Origin: the human T2T-CHM13v2.0 reference genome, Homo sapiens
Strand: one strand, 5' to 3'
Assembly: GCF_009914755.1 (NCBI RefSeq)
Contig: NC_060931.1
DNA length: 64,000 bases
Below, piece by piece: positions 1-11,578 of the stretch (position 1 is its first letter; every line of letters begins with the position of its first letter). Made by a program: the position numbers and the translations under genes. A model generated the notes under the pieces. The model saw only the letters and a program-made list of their open reading frames with translations. It made no database searches and had not been told where the DNA came from.

Positions 1-1464
1 CAGTTTTACTTACAAATAGAGAAATGAAAATAGCTTTAATGCTTTTGTGGCAATATCCTAAAAGTTTACAGACCACGTGCTATATTAAAGTAGACCCCTT
101 TTGGACTTAAAATATCAGCCTGCTTTTTCTTGTTTGAAAGAGTAAAAATCTTTAGGACATAGGAATTGTAGGAATTTAAAACTATCAGTGACCTATTTTG
201 GCAATGCTTACAATTTTTTAAATTAGGTTAACTCCTAGGCAGAGAACAACATTGGTAAATAGTAACTGAGATTGGGGCCTTGAAGAATTTTGAAACCTGA
301 GGTTATATGTTTGCATCTGTAATAGAACAGTTGTATGTAATGTTTTTCTACATATTACATGGTGGGCCTGGGGGTGTCTTCAGAGAGGAAGAAGATCATT
401 ATTAATATTAATATGTTATATTAGTAAGTAGATGCTATATTTTCAGATTCTCTATTACTTTGAATTGGTTTGTAATCCAAAACCATAACTTAGCTTTCAC
501 TGGCTTTTTCGCCCTAAAGACCAATTGCCATGATAAAATGCTCTCAACATATCTACCTATAACAGTTGAGAATACTCACTGTACTAAGATGCCCCTTTAC
601 TTGTAAAACTGTGTATCAAGAGTAATTTGTTAAAGTGTACAGGACCTCTCTTTACTATTTTTGCACTATTTTGTGTTTGCACACAAATGCAGCAGTACAT
701 TTATCTCTCAGAAATTTCAGTTCTCTCTGGCAAGTTGATAGGGTAAATACCCTCTCTAATCTTTTTTTCTCTGGGTCTTCAGCTCTGCAAATATCCCCTC
801 ATTCCTTGTAAACTGTCCAAAGCTCAGCAAATACCTTTCCCTATATAGCTGAGTATTCTTTCCCATGTTGCTCCATTTTCCTCCCTTTTGACAGATAAGA
901 AAAGGTAAGCCTGACTTTATGAACCTTTTTCTGAGTTGTCACTCTCTAAACAACTTTCCTATTTCTGAACTGCCCAGCAGAATTTGGAGTGAGCAAATTA
1001 GAGATATTGAGAATGGTGTACTCTCTGTCCACAGCTACCTTTTATGAGTACGAGAACAGGAAAAGGGCAAGAGAGTGCCCAGGGCAGCAGAGAATTCAGG
1101 GCTAGAGAAATTCTGTTTCTGTTGGCCAAGGTGAATAGGACACAAGAAAGTCTAACTACAATTAAGAAACCTAGTCGGGAAAGGTAGGGATAGTCATGGA
1201 AGAAGTGAGTTTCCTCTAGAAATTTTTCCCCCTTTGGGACTCATAAAATAGGGTTTCTAATAGATGGAGTTTTGCCTGAATAAGAAATCGAGCAGTGCAC
1301 TGGGTGGTCTCTGTCATTACAGCACCGGTTCTATGCATGTGTGAATAAGGGCTTATCCAAATCAATCCTGCATGAAAGAATATACCTTAGTAGGAATTTA
1401 AAGGAGGACCTTAAATTCATTAGTATTCCGAGAACTGTGAGTGAAACTGTTTAGCCCTGAAAGC

Positions 1465-1675
1465 AGCAATACAGCTGAGGTTCAGGTTTTAGAGTCAAAC
1501 TAATCTAAGTTCCATTCTTGTTTTAGTCACTGAACTTCCCTAAGCCTCAGTTCCTTCATCTGTAAAATGGGAATGATATTATTAAGTTTTATGGGATTAT
1601 TAGGAGAAGATGAGCCGTTATACCTAAATTAATTAGAATTGTACTTGAAACACAAGTGTTGTTAAATGATATTGG
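1465..1675 (+). mobile_element. MIR SINE
   Basis: MIR core 'cctcagttccttcatctgtaaaatgggaatgata' with degenerate 5' and 3' parts. Confidence 0.8.
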
Positions 1676-1894
1676 TACAGGTGGTGGTTGTAGAAACCGA
1701 AAAATGGATGGTTAAATGGATTAACACTTTTAGAGGATCTGAGGGGCCTTAGCATTTGGGAGTGTTGGTTATGGATAGAGCAAACTGAAGGGTATGGTTG
1801 TATTATCTGCTCCTTCCCTCTTATCTCAGTACTGGGCGCAGCAGTTCTCTTTCTTTCTTTTCCCTATTGCTCAGGCGTCATTCATAATAAAATA

Positions 1895-3340
1895 TAGTCA
1901 CACATCACTTAACCATGGGGATGTGTTCTGAGAAATGCGCCATTAGGTGATTTCATCATCATGCAAACACTAGATGTTATAACCTACTACACGCCTAGGC
2001 TGTATGGTATAGCCCATTGCTCCTAGGCTACAAACCTCAACAGCAGGTTACCGTTCTGAACATTATAGGCAGTTGCAACACAATGGTAAGTACTTGTGTG
2101 TTTAAACATCTAAATATAGAAAAGGCAGAGCAAAAATACCATACAAAATGTAAAAAATAATGCAGCTGTATAGGTCCTTTACCCTATGAATGTTGCTTGC
2201 AGGACTAAAGTTGCTCTGGGTGAGTCAGTGAGTGGTACGTGAATGTGAAGGTCTAGGATATTACTGAACAGTATTGTAACTTTGTAAACACTGTACACTT
2301 GAGTTACACTAAATTTATTTAAAAATATTTTTCTTTCTTCAATAATACATTAACCTTAGCTTACTGTAATTTTTTCAACTTTATTTAAAATAAATAAACT
2401 TTATTTTAAAAATTTTGTTTATAGTTGACATATTGTACACATTGGGGTACAGTGTGATGTTTCAATACATGTATATATTTTATAATGATTAAATTAGGGT
2501 AGTTAGCATATCTATCACCCCAAACCTTTGTCATTTCTATGTGGTGGTTACTGTTGTCTTTTCTAAGCTATATTGAAATATACCATACACTGTTATTAGC
2601 TATAGTTGCCCTGCTGTATAATAGAACACCTGAACATATTCCTCTTAACTTTCTGATTCTTTCATAATGACATTTAGCTTAAAACACAAACACATTGTAC
2701 GGTGGTACAAAAATATTTTCTTTTTTATATCCTTATAGATGTTTTTCTGTTTTGGAAATTTTTTATTTTTTTACTTTTTAAAATTTTTGTTAAAAACTAA
2801 GATACAAACCCACACATTAGCGTAGGCTTACACAGGGTCAGTGTCATCAATATCACTATCTTCCACCTCCACATCTTGTCCCACCAGAAGGTCTTCAGGG
2901 GCAGTAACACACATGGAGCTGCCATCTCCTAGGATAACAATACTTTCTTCTGGAATACCTGTTGAAGGACCTGCCTGAGGCAGCTTTACTGTTAACTTTT
3001 TTGTTTATTTTAATAAGGAGGAATACACTCTCAAATAATGATAAAAGCCGAGTATGGTAAATACGTAAACCAGTGACATTGTTGTTTGTTATTCGTATCT
3101 GGTATTATCAACTTTACATAATTGTATATACTGTACTTCTGTAAGACTGGCAGTACAGTAGGTTTGTTGACAGCAGCATCAGCACAATACATGAGTAATG
3201 CATTGTGCTGTGACCTTAGCATGGCTATGATATCACTAGGAGATAGGAGTTTCTCAGTTCCATTGGAATCGTATCGGACCACCATGGTATATATAAGCAA
3301 TCCATCCTTGACCGAAACGTCATCCTGTGGTGCGTGACTG
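1895..3340 (-). mobile_element. Tigger3 (Golem)-derived non-autonomous DNA transposon, Tigger3b-like
   Basis: Both termini (tagtcacacatcactt... / ...tggtgcgtgactg) are flanked by TA; internal sequence matches Tigger3b as recalled; interrupted by an L1 3' end. Confidence 0.88.
2401..2650 (-). mobile_element. L1MA-type 3' end fragment inside Tigger3b
   Basis: 'ggggtacagtgtgatgtttcaatacatgtata...aatagaacacctgaacatattcctc' is a typical antisense L1MA 3' UTR. Confidence 0.8.
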
Positions 3341-5029
3341 TAATAGGATATATTGCCTCACCACAGTATTTGTAGTATAGAAGGACTTGGAGAAAGATCA
3401 CTTACACTTAAATTATTAAGGTTTAAATTTGAAGCTTTAGTGGCAAAGATATCAGTTGGCAAGGGGGAATTCATAAAACACATAGAATATACTGCTTTCT
3501 TTTCAGCCTGTGAAAATAAATTAATGAGTTTGAATATTGGAAGAAATAGAAAATGAATTTGATCTTATAAAGCATCCACAGTATGTATGTATGTATATCT
3601 GTGTGTGTGTGTATATATATAACTGGAACAGTGAGAATCACTATTTTTGAATTCTGAAAATATTAAGAAGGTAATAACCCCCTCAAATACAGAAAAAGCG
3701 CTAGTAAAATGGTGAGTGATCCTATTAAGGTAATAATGCAAATGAGACAACAGCCAACTACTAATGAAATGACCCATCACAGACACATATGTGTTAAATT
3801 AATTGTGAAGACTTCAGTGAATCCTTACAGAACAAAAACACAAGTGCCTACCTATTTTAAATTGTTTCCATCTTAAGCAGAAAATATTTCCAGAAATAGT
3901 AGAATTGCAGTTATTTGTACTAAATGAATCAGGTCTGACTTACTACGTATGATTTGTGCCAGTACACTAACATAAATTTGAATGTTGTGAAATGATATAG
4001 TATAGCTTTGTAGTGATTTGTGTGAAGTTGTATATACTTGTCTGAACTTTACTTTTGATGGTTTAGGAATTAAGTTATGATTTTGGGACTTGAAATGAGA
4101 GTAATTCAGAAGAGCATTTCAAATAACAAATGGCACTTAGGGGAACAAAAGCTCATTTATCTAATTTAACATATGCTGTGAAGATGTGGAGACAGCCAAG
4201 GAGAATATCAGAAGTGGCACATATTATCTCTTGTCTTTTTGTTCTTAGTCTGGAAAGGTAAAATGGCATTTCCTCTAGGAATTGAGGCATGACTAAGAAA
4301 AACAAGTTTTGCTAAATGCATGGTGACAGTTGCTGGTCCCTTCGGGTTTCATATTAAATTAATGATGTGAATGAAGTTCAGCAAATGAGAAGCATGGACA
4401 TCAGTTTCTTTCCATTCCTAGTTAATATTCAACCCAGGAAGGGATGGTCATTCACAGCTACTATTAAGAAAGCTTTAGAGTTTTGTTACTGAGCATAGAG
4501 AAATAAAATTTTAAATATCAAAATTTTACTTCCGAGCATTTTTTTTAGCATGGATGTTAAACACCATCAACAGTTCTGTATTAGTTCTATCCCAACTCCC
4601 TTGATAGATACAATTAAATTTTACTGATGTTGGTATTTTACTAAAGAGGGTCATTATACTTTTAGTATAAACTGTAATTCTAAGCAGAAATGATCTTCAG
4701 TTTCCCAAGGACAGCATTTTGTAAGTGGTGTGCGTGCTTTTTGAGTTTCTTCTCATCTAACCAGAGTTGTACTGTTATGTTAGAAATCAGTGTGGATCCT
4801 ACCTTGGTTGAGTGTGGGCTCAGCATTGGGAGATAATTGAGTTGGTTACGAAGGCTGTGTGGAGAAACTTGGAACTGGGAGATACAGGTTCTCTGTGCAT
4901 CTTGTAATGGTATGCATGGTTTTTGCTCTTTGACACTTTATACTCAACGCTTGAAATAAATCTTATAGAATTGGCTCTGCCATGAACCTACTGTGGGTCC
5001 TTGGACTTTGTCAAGGCTTAGTTTGCTTG

Positions 5030-5380
5030 CTTATTTGTTCATTGGTTTATTCATTGATTCATTCAGCAATCAATTACTGAACACCCATTGTGTGGTTGGC
5101 TCTGTACTAGCCAATAGGAATAAAATAGACATGAGTCATTCCAACCCTCATGGTGCTCACAGGTTAGTGCGGGATATAGGCAATCTTACAGAAAGCAGTT
5201 AGGTACCAAAAGGATGGGAGAGTATAGTAGAGTAATCTAACTCTACCTTTAGGGCAGGGAAATCCTCCTAAAATAGGAGATGTCTAAACTGAGACCCTAG
5301 AGGATGACTAATATTCAGTTAGGGATATGGAGAAGACCTTTTCTGTCAGAAAGTACAGCATGTGCCAAGGCGGTAAGAAA
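5030..5380 (-). mobile_element. L2 LINE 3' fragment
   Basis: 'ttcattgattcattcagcaatcaattactgaacaccc' is the reverse complement of the L2 (AATG)n 3' end, followed by L2 body. Confidence 0.75.
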
Positions 5381-6199
5381 AGAGAGAGAGCGAGAGAGAT
5401 CCCAATACATCCGTGAGGACTGTTTGAGTCTAAGATCTACCAGATTATGCCAGTATGAACTTGTTTCTCCATTAGCTCTTGCACTTTCTCACCTATGGTT
5501 TGAAAATGCAACCAGGTGATTATAGGCCACACGACCCTTCTGCCAGTATGTTTTAGGGCCTTTAAGGATCCCAGCAGGTTAAAATCTACTTATCTACTTA
5601 CATCTGCCCTGTGCCCAAATAAGGAGGTCCACATCTGTTACTGTGTCTGTCCCTGCCGAATATCCTCTGTATGGCCAGGCTGCTATGGGGCTCATGTTGC
5701 CCATGCCCCAAAAGTACATGATTGCACCTAGCCTGTGGGCTGCTGTCTCTTCACAGCCTGTGCTAACTGAAATCATGAGATTGGCTATGTCTTTGGGGTA
5801 ACGCTGCAGTTTACAGTCACCTCTTCTACAGATTTATTATGATAGTGAAGTAAGTTGTAAGCACAACGGAAAATTCCGACAGGAAAGGATGTGTGGGGTG
5901 GATGTGTGATCAACTGAAGAGGTTTCCTAGGAAGGTAGAAATCAAATGAGATCTTGAGTAAAGGTAACAGAAAGGAATACTGTTGCAATAAGGAGTAAAG
6001 ATGTGGTGTTTAATAATCCTGTTTAATCTCAATGCATAGTTTATGGAGAGACTAGTGTACCTGGAACAGTGGCTGCATGTTGATATTGTTGCAAATGATA
6101 TTGCATAGGAAAGAAATGATCTTTTGGTTTAGTTTCAGGTAAAACAAAAACAAAAGAAGTAACCTTAGCCAATCATTGATTTGGTGAAGACTTCAGAGA

Positions 6200-6202
<3 letters not shown>

Positions 6203-6232
<30 letters not shown>
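6203..6232. repeat. poly(T)30
   Basis: Direct count. Confidence 0.95.
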
Positions 6233-6233
<1 letters not shown>

Positions 6234-6742
6234 TGGTTCATATAAATGGGAAAAGGGGCTGGTTTCTCCAAGACAGAAGTAGCTGTGGTATCTCCTCTCA
6301 GGTAAAATGCCCTCAAAGCATTAGTCATTGACCATCCATAGGTAATAGAGACATAGACTGTGATGTGAGGGCAGTTTAGTTCCATGATTTCTTGGCTGTA
6401 TGATATAGGGTTGGTTGTTTAATCTATCTTCATCTTTCTAATGTGGATAGTAGTAGTGGCAGCACCACCAGCAGCTATTTCATAGAGTTGCTGAAGATTA
6501 TTTAAGTATCCGATAAGTGGTAACTATGGTGACAGTTGTCTGCCTGTGTTTGCTAATGATGAACGTATTCATTCCCTCACTCATTGATTCACTGAGCAAA
6601 TATATACTAAGGATGCTCTAAGGGCCTTGTCCCATGCCTGCGTTCTGGGGAAAAATTACTGGTTTTATATTGTTATTTGCATTTCTTCCCTTTTTTTGGC
6701 AAAAGCAAATGTTTTCTTATTTTGGTTTCATTTATACTTTTG

Positions 6743-6930
6743 CAGTGTTTGTCAAAGTGTGTTCTAAAAACTGCCTGCATCAAAATCAGCAGGGGTTCTT
6801 ATTGTAAGTGTGGATTCCTGGTCCTTACGTTGGACCTACTGAATCAGAACCTCTGGGAAGGGCATGGAGAATCAGCATTTTGAGCAGGCTCTTAGGTGAT
6901 TTCTATACATATTGAAGTTTACAACCTGTT
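6743..6930. mobile_element. MER5-family hAT-Charlie MITE
   Basis: 'cagtgtttgtcaaagtgtg...gacctactgaatcagaacctctggg...ggtgatttctatacatattgaagttt'. Confidence 0.8.
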
Positions 6931-8071
6931 AGGGTCACATTGTCTCCCCGATTTCCCATTTGGTGCTACACTAAGGAAAGGCTAACAGTCACTTTCCTCT
7001 TCTTTCCATTACATACACAGATTTTCTACAACTGTGAATCCTGACAAACCCTCTTTGCTTTACTTTGGGTGGAGAAACTGAGCAATTTGCTTCTTAAGCA
7101 GGCTTCATTTACGTGGATAATTCCCAGAGATCAGTAAGATATGACTGAACTCACTTCCTTTCTAGTTAAGTCTTCTCTTACTAGCATCCATTTCTCTGAA
7201 ACCAGAAGCAGAGGCTGACACCATCAGCCACCAACCTGCAGTGTCATGGAGTTACCAATACCCTTTCCCTTTCCCCATCCTGGGGTTTGTTATTGCCCTG
7301 GAGCAGTACATTTAGAATTCACAACCTGAATATTAATAACAAGCTAAAAACGGACTAGAACTTCTATGTGTTTTCATTAATTTTTTTTTTTTTTGCAGCC
7401 TTGAATTGATTGCTTCCCTTTCCCCAAGCATACCTTCTGAGACTGATTTAGTGTGGCTTGATCAATAGACTGCAGAATGATTAATTTGTTTCCACTCATT
7501 TCTTTACTGAGTATTTTCCAAGCAAAGGTGAGTTAGGAAACCGTGAACTAGAGTAAGGGGAATTGTTGAGGCATAAATAGCTGTCTGCTTGTGTTTGCTG
7601 CAGGAGTTTTAAAACAGAATAAGCAGGAGAAAAGAATGGTGGCGAAGGTGCCTACCCGTCTAAGGTATTACTTCGGCCACATTGTGTGGAAGACTTCTTG
7701 ATAACAGGAGTATAGCACAACGTGTCTTGTTTTTGTTTTGGGCTGATCTCTATAAGCCATGGAAAAGAATTTATTCCATACTGAATTGTCTTAGTGGAAC
7801 TCTGCAAAGTTTAAAAGCATCCAGTCAGAAGAATATTAAACCTTTGAGTGAAATTTACAGCTTTCCTTATCTTTTTAAAAAAATTATTCTTCACTTTTTT
7901 GCCTCCTATTACTTGTTAGGGTGACCCAATGGTAGTTTTATTCCTTGGGGATACATAGTAAATACTTCATTAAAGTCGAGTACAGAATTTGATGAAAAGT
8001 GTGGATGTGTGGGATGTACTGCCGCCTTCAGAAGTCCACACACTGCCTGGAGGGAGAGAACTGCTGTTTAT

Positions 8072-8262
8072 TCACTGATTAAGCATTTGCTGTGTACCAA
8101 CTACTTTTCATGTCTTATCTTAATTCTCATAACAGTCATTTGATATTTTAAAAAACCCCAGAAATCTGAGAAAGAGATAAAGTGGTTTGCTCAAGGTTAT
8201 AGAACAGACTACCATGTGTTGTATTTCAGATTTTAATTCATGTTTGTCTGATTTTAAGTTTT
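8072..8262 (-). mobile_element. MIR SINE
   Basis: Antisense MIR motifs 'taattctcataac', 'aagtggtttgctcaaggttatagaac'. Confidence 0.65.
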
Positions 8263-8768
8263 GTTCGCTTGCCAGGGTACCCCACAAAAATGCCAGGCAG
8301 GGCATTTTCATGATGCACTTGAGATACCTGAAATGACAGGGTAGCATCACACCTGAGAGGGGTAAAGGATGGGAACCTACCTTCCATGGCCGCTGCTTGG
8401 CAGTCTCTTGCTGCATGCTAGCAGAGCCACTGTATATGTGCCGAGGCTCTGAGAATTAACTGCTTAAAGAACTGCCTTCTGGAGGGAGAAGAGCACAAGA
8501 TCACAATTAACCATATACACATCTTACTGTGCGAGGTCATTGAGCAATACAGGAGGGATTTTATACATTTTAGCAACTATCTTCAAAACCTGAGCTATAG
8601 TTGTATTCTGCCCCCTTCCTCTGGGCAAAAGTGTAAAAGTTTGCTGCTACAAAGAATACAGAAAACTCAGAAAGAAATGCTAACATACACATTTAGCTGG
8701 CCCTATGGATATATCATATTAACTGCTTATCGTTAGGGGCTGTATATTTGTAAAATAAAAGAATTTTG

Positions 8769-8903
8769 GGAGTTCCATCTCTCGGCTTTGGAGCCCCCCT
8801 CCTTTTGTCTCTGTATGGAGGAGCTTCGTCCTTCTGCCTTTTTCTTTACCTGTTAAATTCTCCACTCCTTAAAACTAAAAAAAAAAAAAAAAAAAAAAAA
8901 AAA
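8769..8903 (+). mobile_element. Retrocopy of an ERV1 (MER50-like) LTR 3' end with poly(A) tail and TSD
   Basis: 108 bp LTR-like segment ending ~20 nt after gttaaa (attaaa variant), A27 tail at 8877-8903, TSD aagaattttg at 8759-8768 and 8905-8914. Confidence 0.75.
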
Positions 8904-8972
8904 CAAGAATTTTGATCACAGTCAGACTCTGTATTTTAAAATACATTGTAACTAGTGAGCTGGGTGTCCAGC

Positions 8973-9067
8973 AGGAGTTTGATATGGCACCATGCTTTAT
9001 AGGACTATATTGGTAGTCCTGTAAAGCATATATAGTCCTATAAAGTATGGTATCACATCAAACTCCT
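8973..9067. repeat. 38-bp inverted repeat (34/38) with 19-nt loop
   Basis: 8973-9010 vs reverse complement of 9030-9067, aligned by hand. Confidence 0.95.
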
Positions 9068-9142
9068 TAGTACTTAGAGAGTAGTAAGAAATTAAACGTG
9101 AAATTAAGAAAGGCTGGAGCTAGGAATTTGTATTTGGGAGCC

Positions 9143-9390
9143 ATAATAATAGCCAGCATTTTTAATATGCTTAATATGTGCCAATCTCTGTGTTGAGCCT
9201 TTTATGTGGATGAGCTCATTAAATCTTCACAAAAACTCCACGAAGGTAGTATTAAAACCCACATTTTACAGATGAGGAGGCTGGCGCAGAAAAGGTTTTT
9301 GTAATTTTTCTCGGTTCACACAACTGCAATTGTTAGGGCGAGATTCAAAGGCAAACATTTGTGATGTTTAAATCTGAACTTTTCATTCCT
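9143..9390 (-). mobile_element. MIR SINE
   Basis: 'cacattttacagatgaggaggctg' antisense core, near full length. Confidence 0.85.
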
Positions 9391-10334
9391 GTGGTAGTCT
9401 GCATAGAGGTGATTTTGGAACCTTAAATATAGTTGAAAACAGGGCTCCATTTAATCTTAGAACATACCCGTATTAAGGGTGAGAGAAGTGTTGAGGTAGC
9501 ACATGATGAGATAGCAAAGGACACAGAAAGAAAGCCAGTTTCGGGAAACCATGCAAGGGTATTATTTAGAGAAGAAGAGAGTTATTAAAAACTACAAAGA
9601 ACTCAAGGAGAATGGGAGGGAAATTATCAGATATAGAGATTATGTGTCTTTAGGGACTTTGACAAGAACAGTTTTGAGTAGAGCATTTAGTCATATCTCA
9701 ATATGCCATTCATTTTGAAGCTTTGGATTAGTTTATTCCATGATTATCCTCACCTATCACGTATGGCTAGTTTAAGAGCGTTATTTAATCTAGAGTAACA
9801 GTTCTGAATGTTTTTTAACAACAACAACAACAACAAAATAGCGCATGTGACACTTCCTTTACTTCTTTGTCCCATTCCTCCTCTTTTCTAAAATAAATAA
9901 ATATGTGTATAAAACAAGAAAAAAAAAGTGTGGGATAGTATCTGCTTTACTGAGAACAGCAGAAGTAGCTATTTTTCTCTATTTTGCCTAGGAAGTATTT
10001 TGCTAAGAAGCAGTAGGTAGAAGATGGCAGTAGGTAACGGTAAATGTGTTAGTGGACTCTCTTGAAAGTGGAATTTCCTATACTTTTTACTAAGGTACTC
10101 AAAACATCTCACAGACCTGCTTCGTTTTTATAAGTATGTATTGTGCAAGTGATATGGCTGTTAATTTTCTTTGTTTTCCCTTTTGCAGTGGAGAAAGTGA
10201 AACAGAAAGGAGTGGTGTGGGACAAATGCAACCCCCAGTTTTCCTTTTCTGTGCAGTGTCTCCTAGTCTGCATTTTTCCTGCTGATCAGAACAAAGTGTC
10301 ACCACCATTGTGACCAGCTATTCTGACTTGTTGC

Positions 10335-11578
10335 TAAATCCATCTATAGTATTTGATGTGGCTCACTGGTATATCCTCTTTGAAAGACTCCCTTCACTTA
10401 GCTGCCAGGATACGCGCTCTTCTAATTTTTCTCCTGCCTCATTGTCTCCTCCCAACTCTGTCCCCTCCATCTCCCTGACCTCTTACTAGCCTGTAGTACC
10501 CAGGGGTTAGTCATTGGCCACCTTTTCTTCTTTCATGTACACTCACTTCCCTGGTAATCTGATCCATTCCTAAGGCTTTTAATACCGTCTCAAGCTGATC
10601 ACTTCCAAATTTATATCTCCAGCCTGGACCACTTCACTGAACCCCAGCCTTAAATGCCTTTTGCTTAACATGTCCACTTCCTTGTTATATTGGAACCTCA
10701 AATTTAAAATATCCAAAACTGAGATACCAATATTCCACACTCTATGTTCAACACCTTCTTTCCCTTAGTCTTTGCATTTCAATTTGTGGGATGCCATCCT
10801 TCCAGTTGCCCAGACCAGAATCCCAGGAGTATCCCTTTTCTCACACACCTTAGAAGCAACCCATCAGCATGTCCTGTTGGCTTTTCAAAAAATATCCAGA
10901 ATCTAACCATTGCTCACCACCTTCATAACTACTGCCCTGGTCTAAGCTGTCAACATCTCTTGCCTGGATTAGGCTTCCTAATGGTCTTATACTTTATCTC
11001 TTGCTCCTCTCCCTTTTAACCATAATGATGCTTTTAAAATGTAAGTCACATTACAAGAACATTTTGGCACAGAACTTTTTAACAGCAATTCATGCAGAGT
11101 AAAAGCCAGAATTATTTTCAGTGTTTTACAGGGCCCTAAATAATCTGCCCCTACTGGTTGATGCTGAATGCATTTTCTACAATCTTCTCTGTGGATCACA
11201 CCCCTCCAGCCACACTGGCCTCTCAGCTATTCCTTGAACCTTAAACATTTGCACTACTTTTCTTCCACCAAACGTCCAAGAAACTTGCTCCCTTAATACC
11301 TTTACGGCTTTTCTCAAACGTTACCTTCCTAGTGAAGCCTACCTAGGCCATCCTGTTGAAAACTGTGAGATCTTCTTCCAGCATGCCCTACTTTTTAATT
11401 TTTTTCTGTTGCCCTTATTACCATGCACATATTTTATCTGTTATCTGGAAATAGAATATAAGTTCCAAATGGGCAGGGATTTTTGTCTGTTTTGTTCACT
11501 GTAGTTTTCGTACCACTTAGAATGGTTCCTGACATACAGTAGGCCCTCAATTAATGTTTGTTGAATGAATGAATGAAG
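10335..11578 (+). mobile_element. L2a LINE, ~1.25 kb 3' fragment
   Basis: Continuous L2 motifs ending in 'aatgtttgttgaatgaatgaatgaa'. Confidence 0.88.

Noticed and set aside
5410-5810. Possible ancient LTR
   Set aside because: LTR-like composition, but I could not identify termini, a TSD or a family.
10189-10313. Strong acceptor followed by short open frames (possible terminal exon)
   Set aside because: No good donor, no nearby poly(A) signal and no recognisable peptide.
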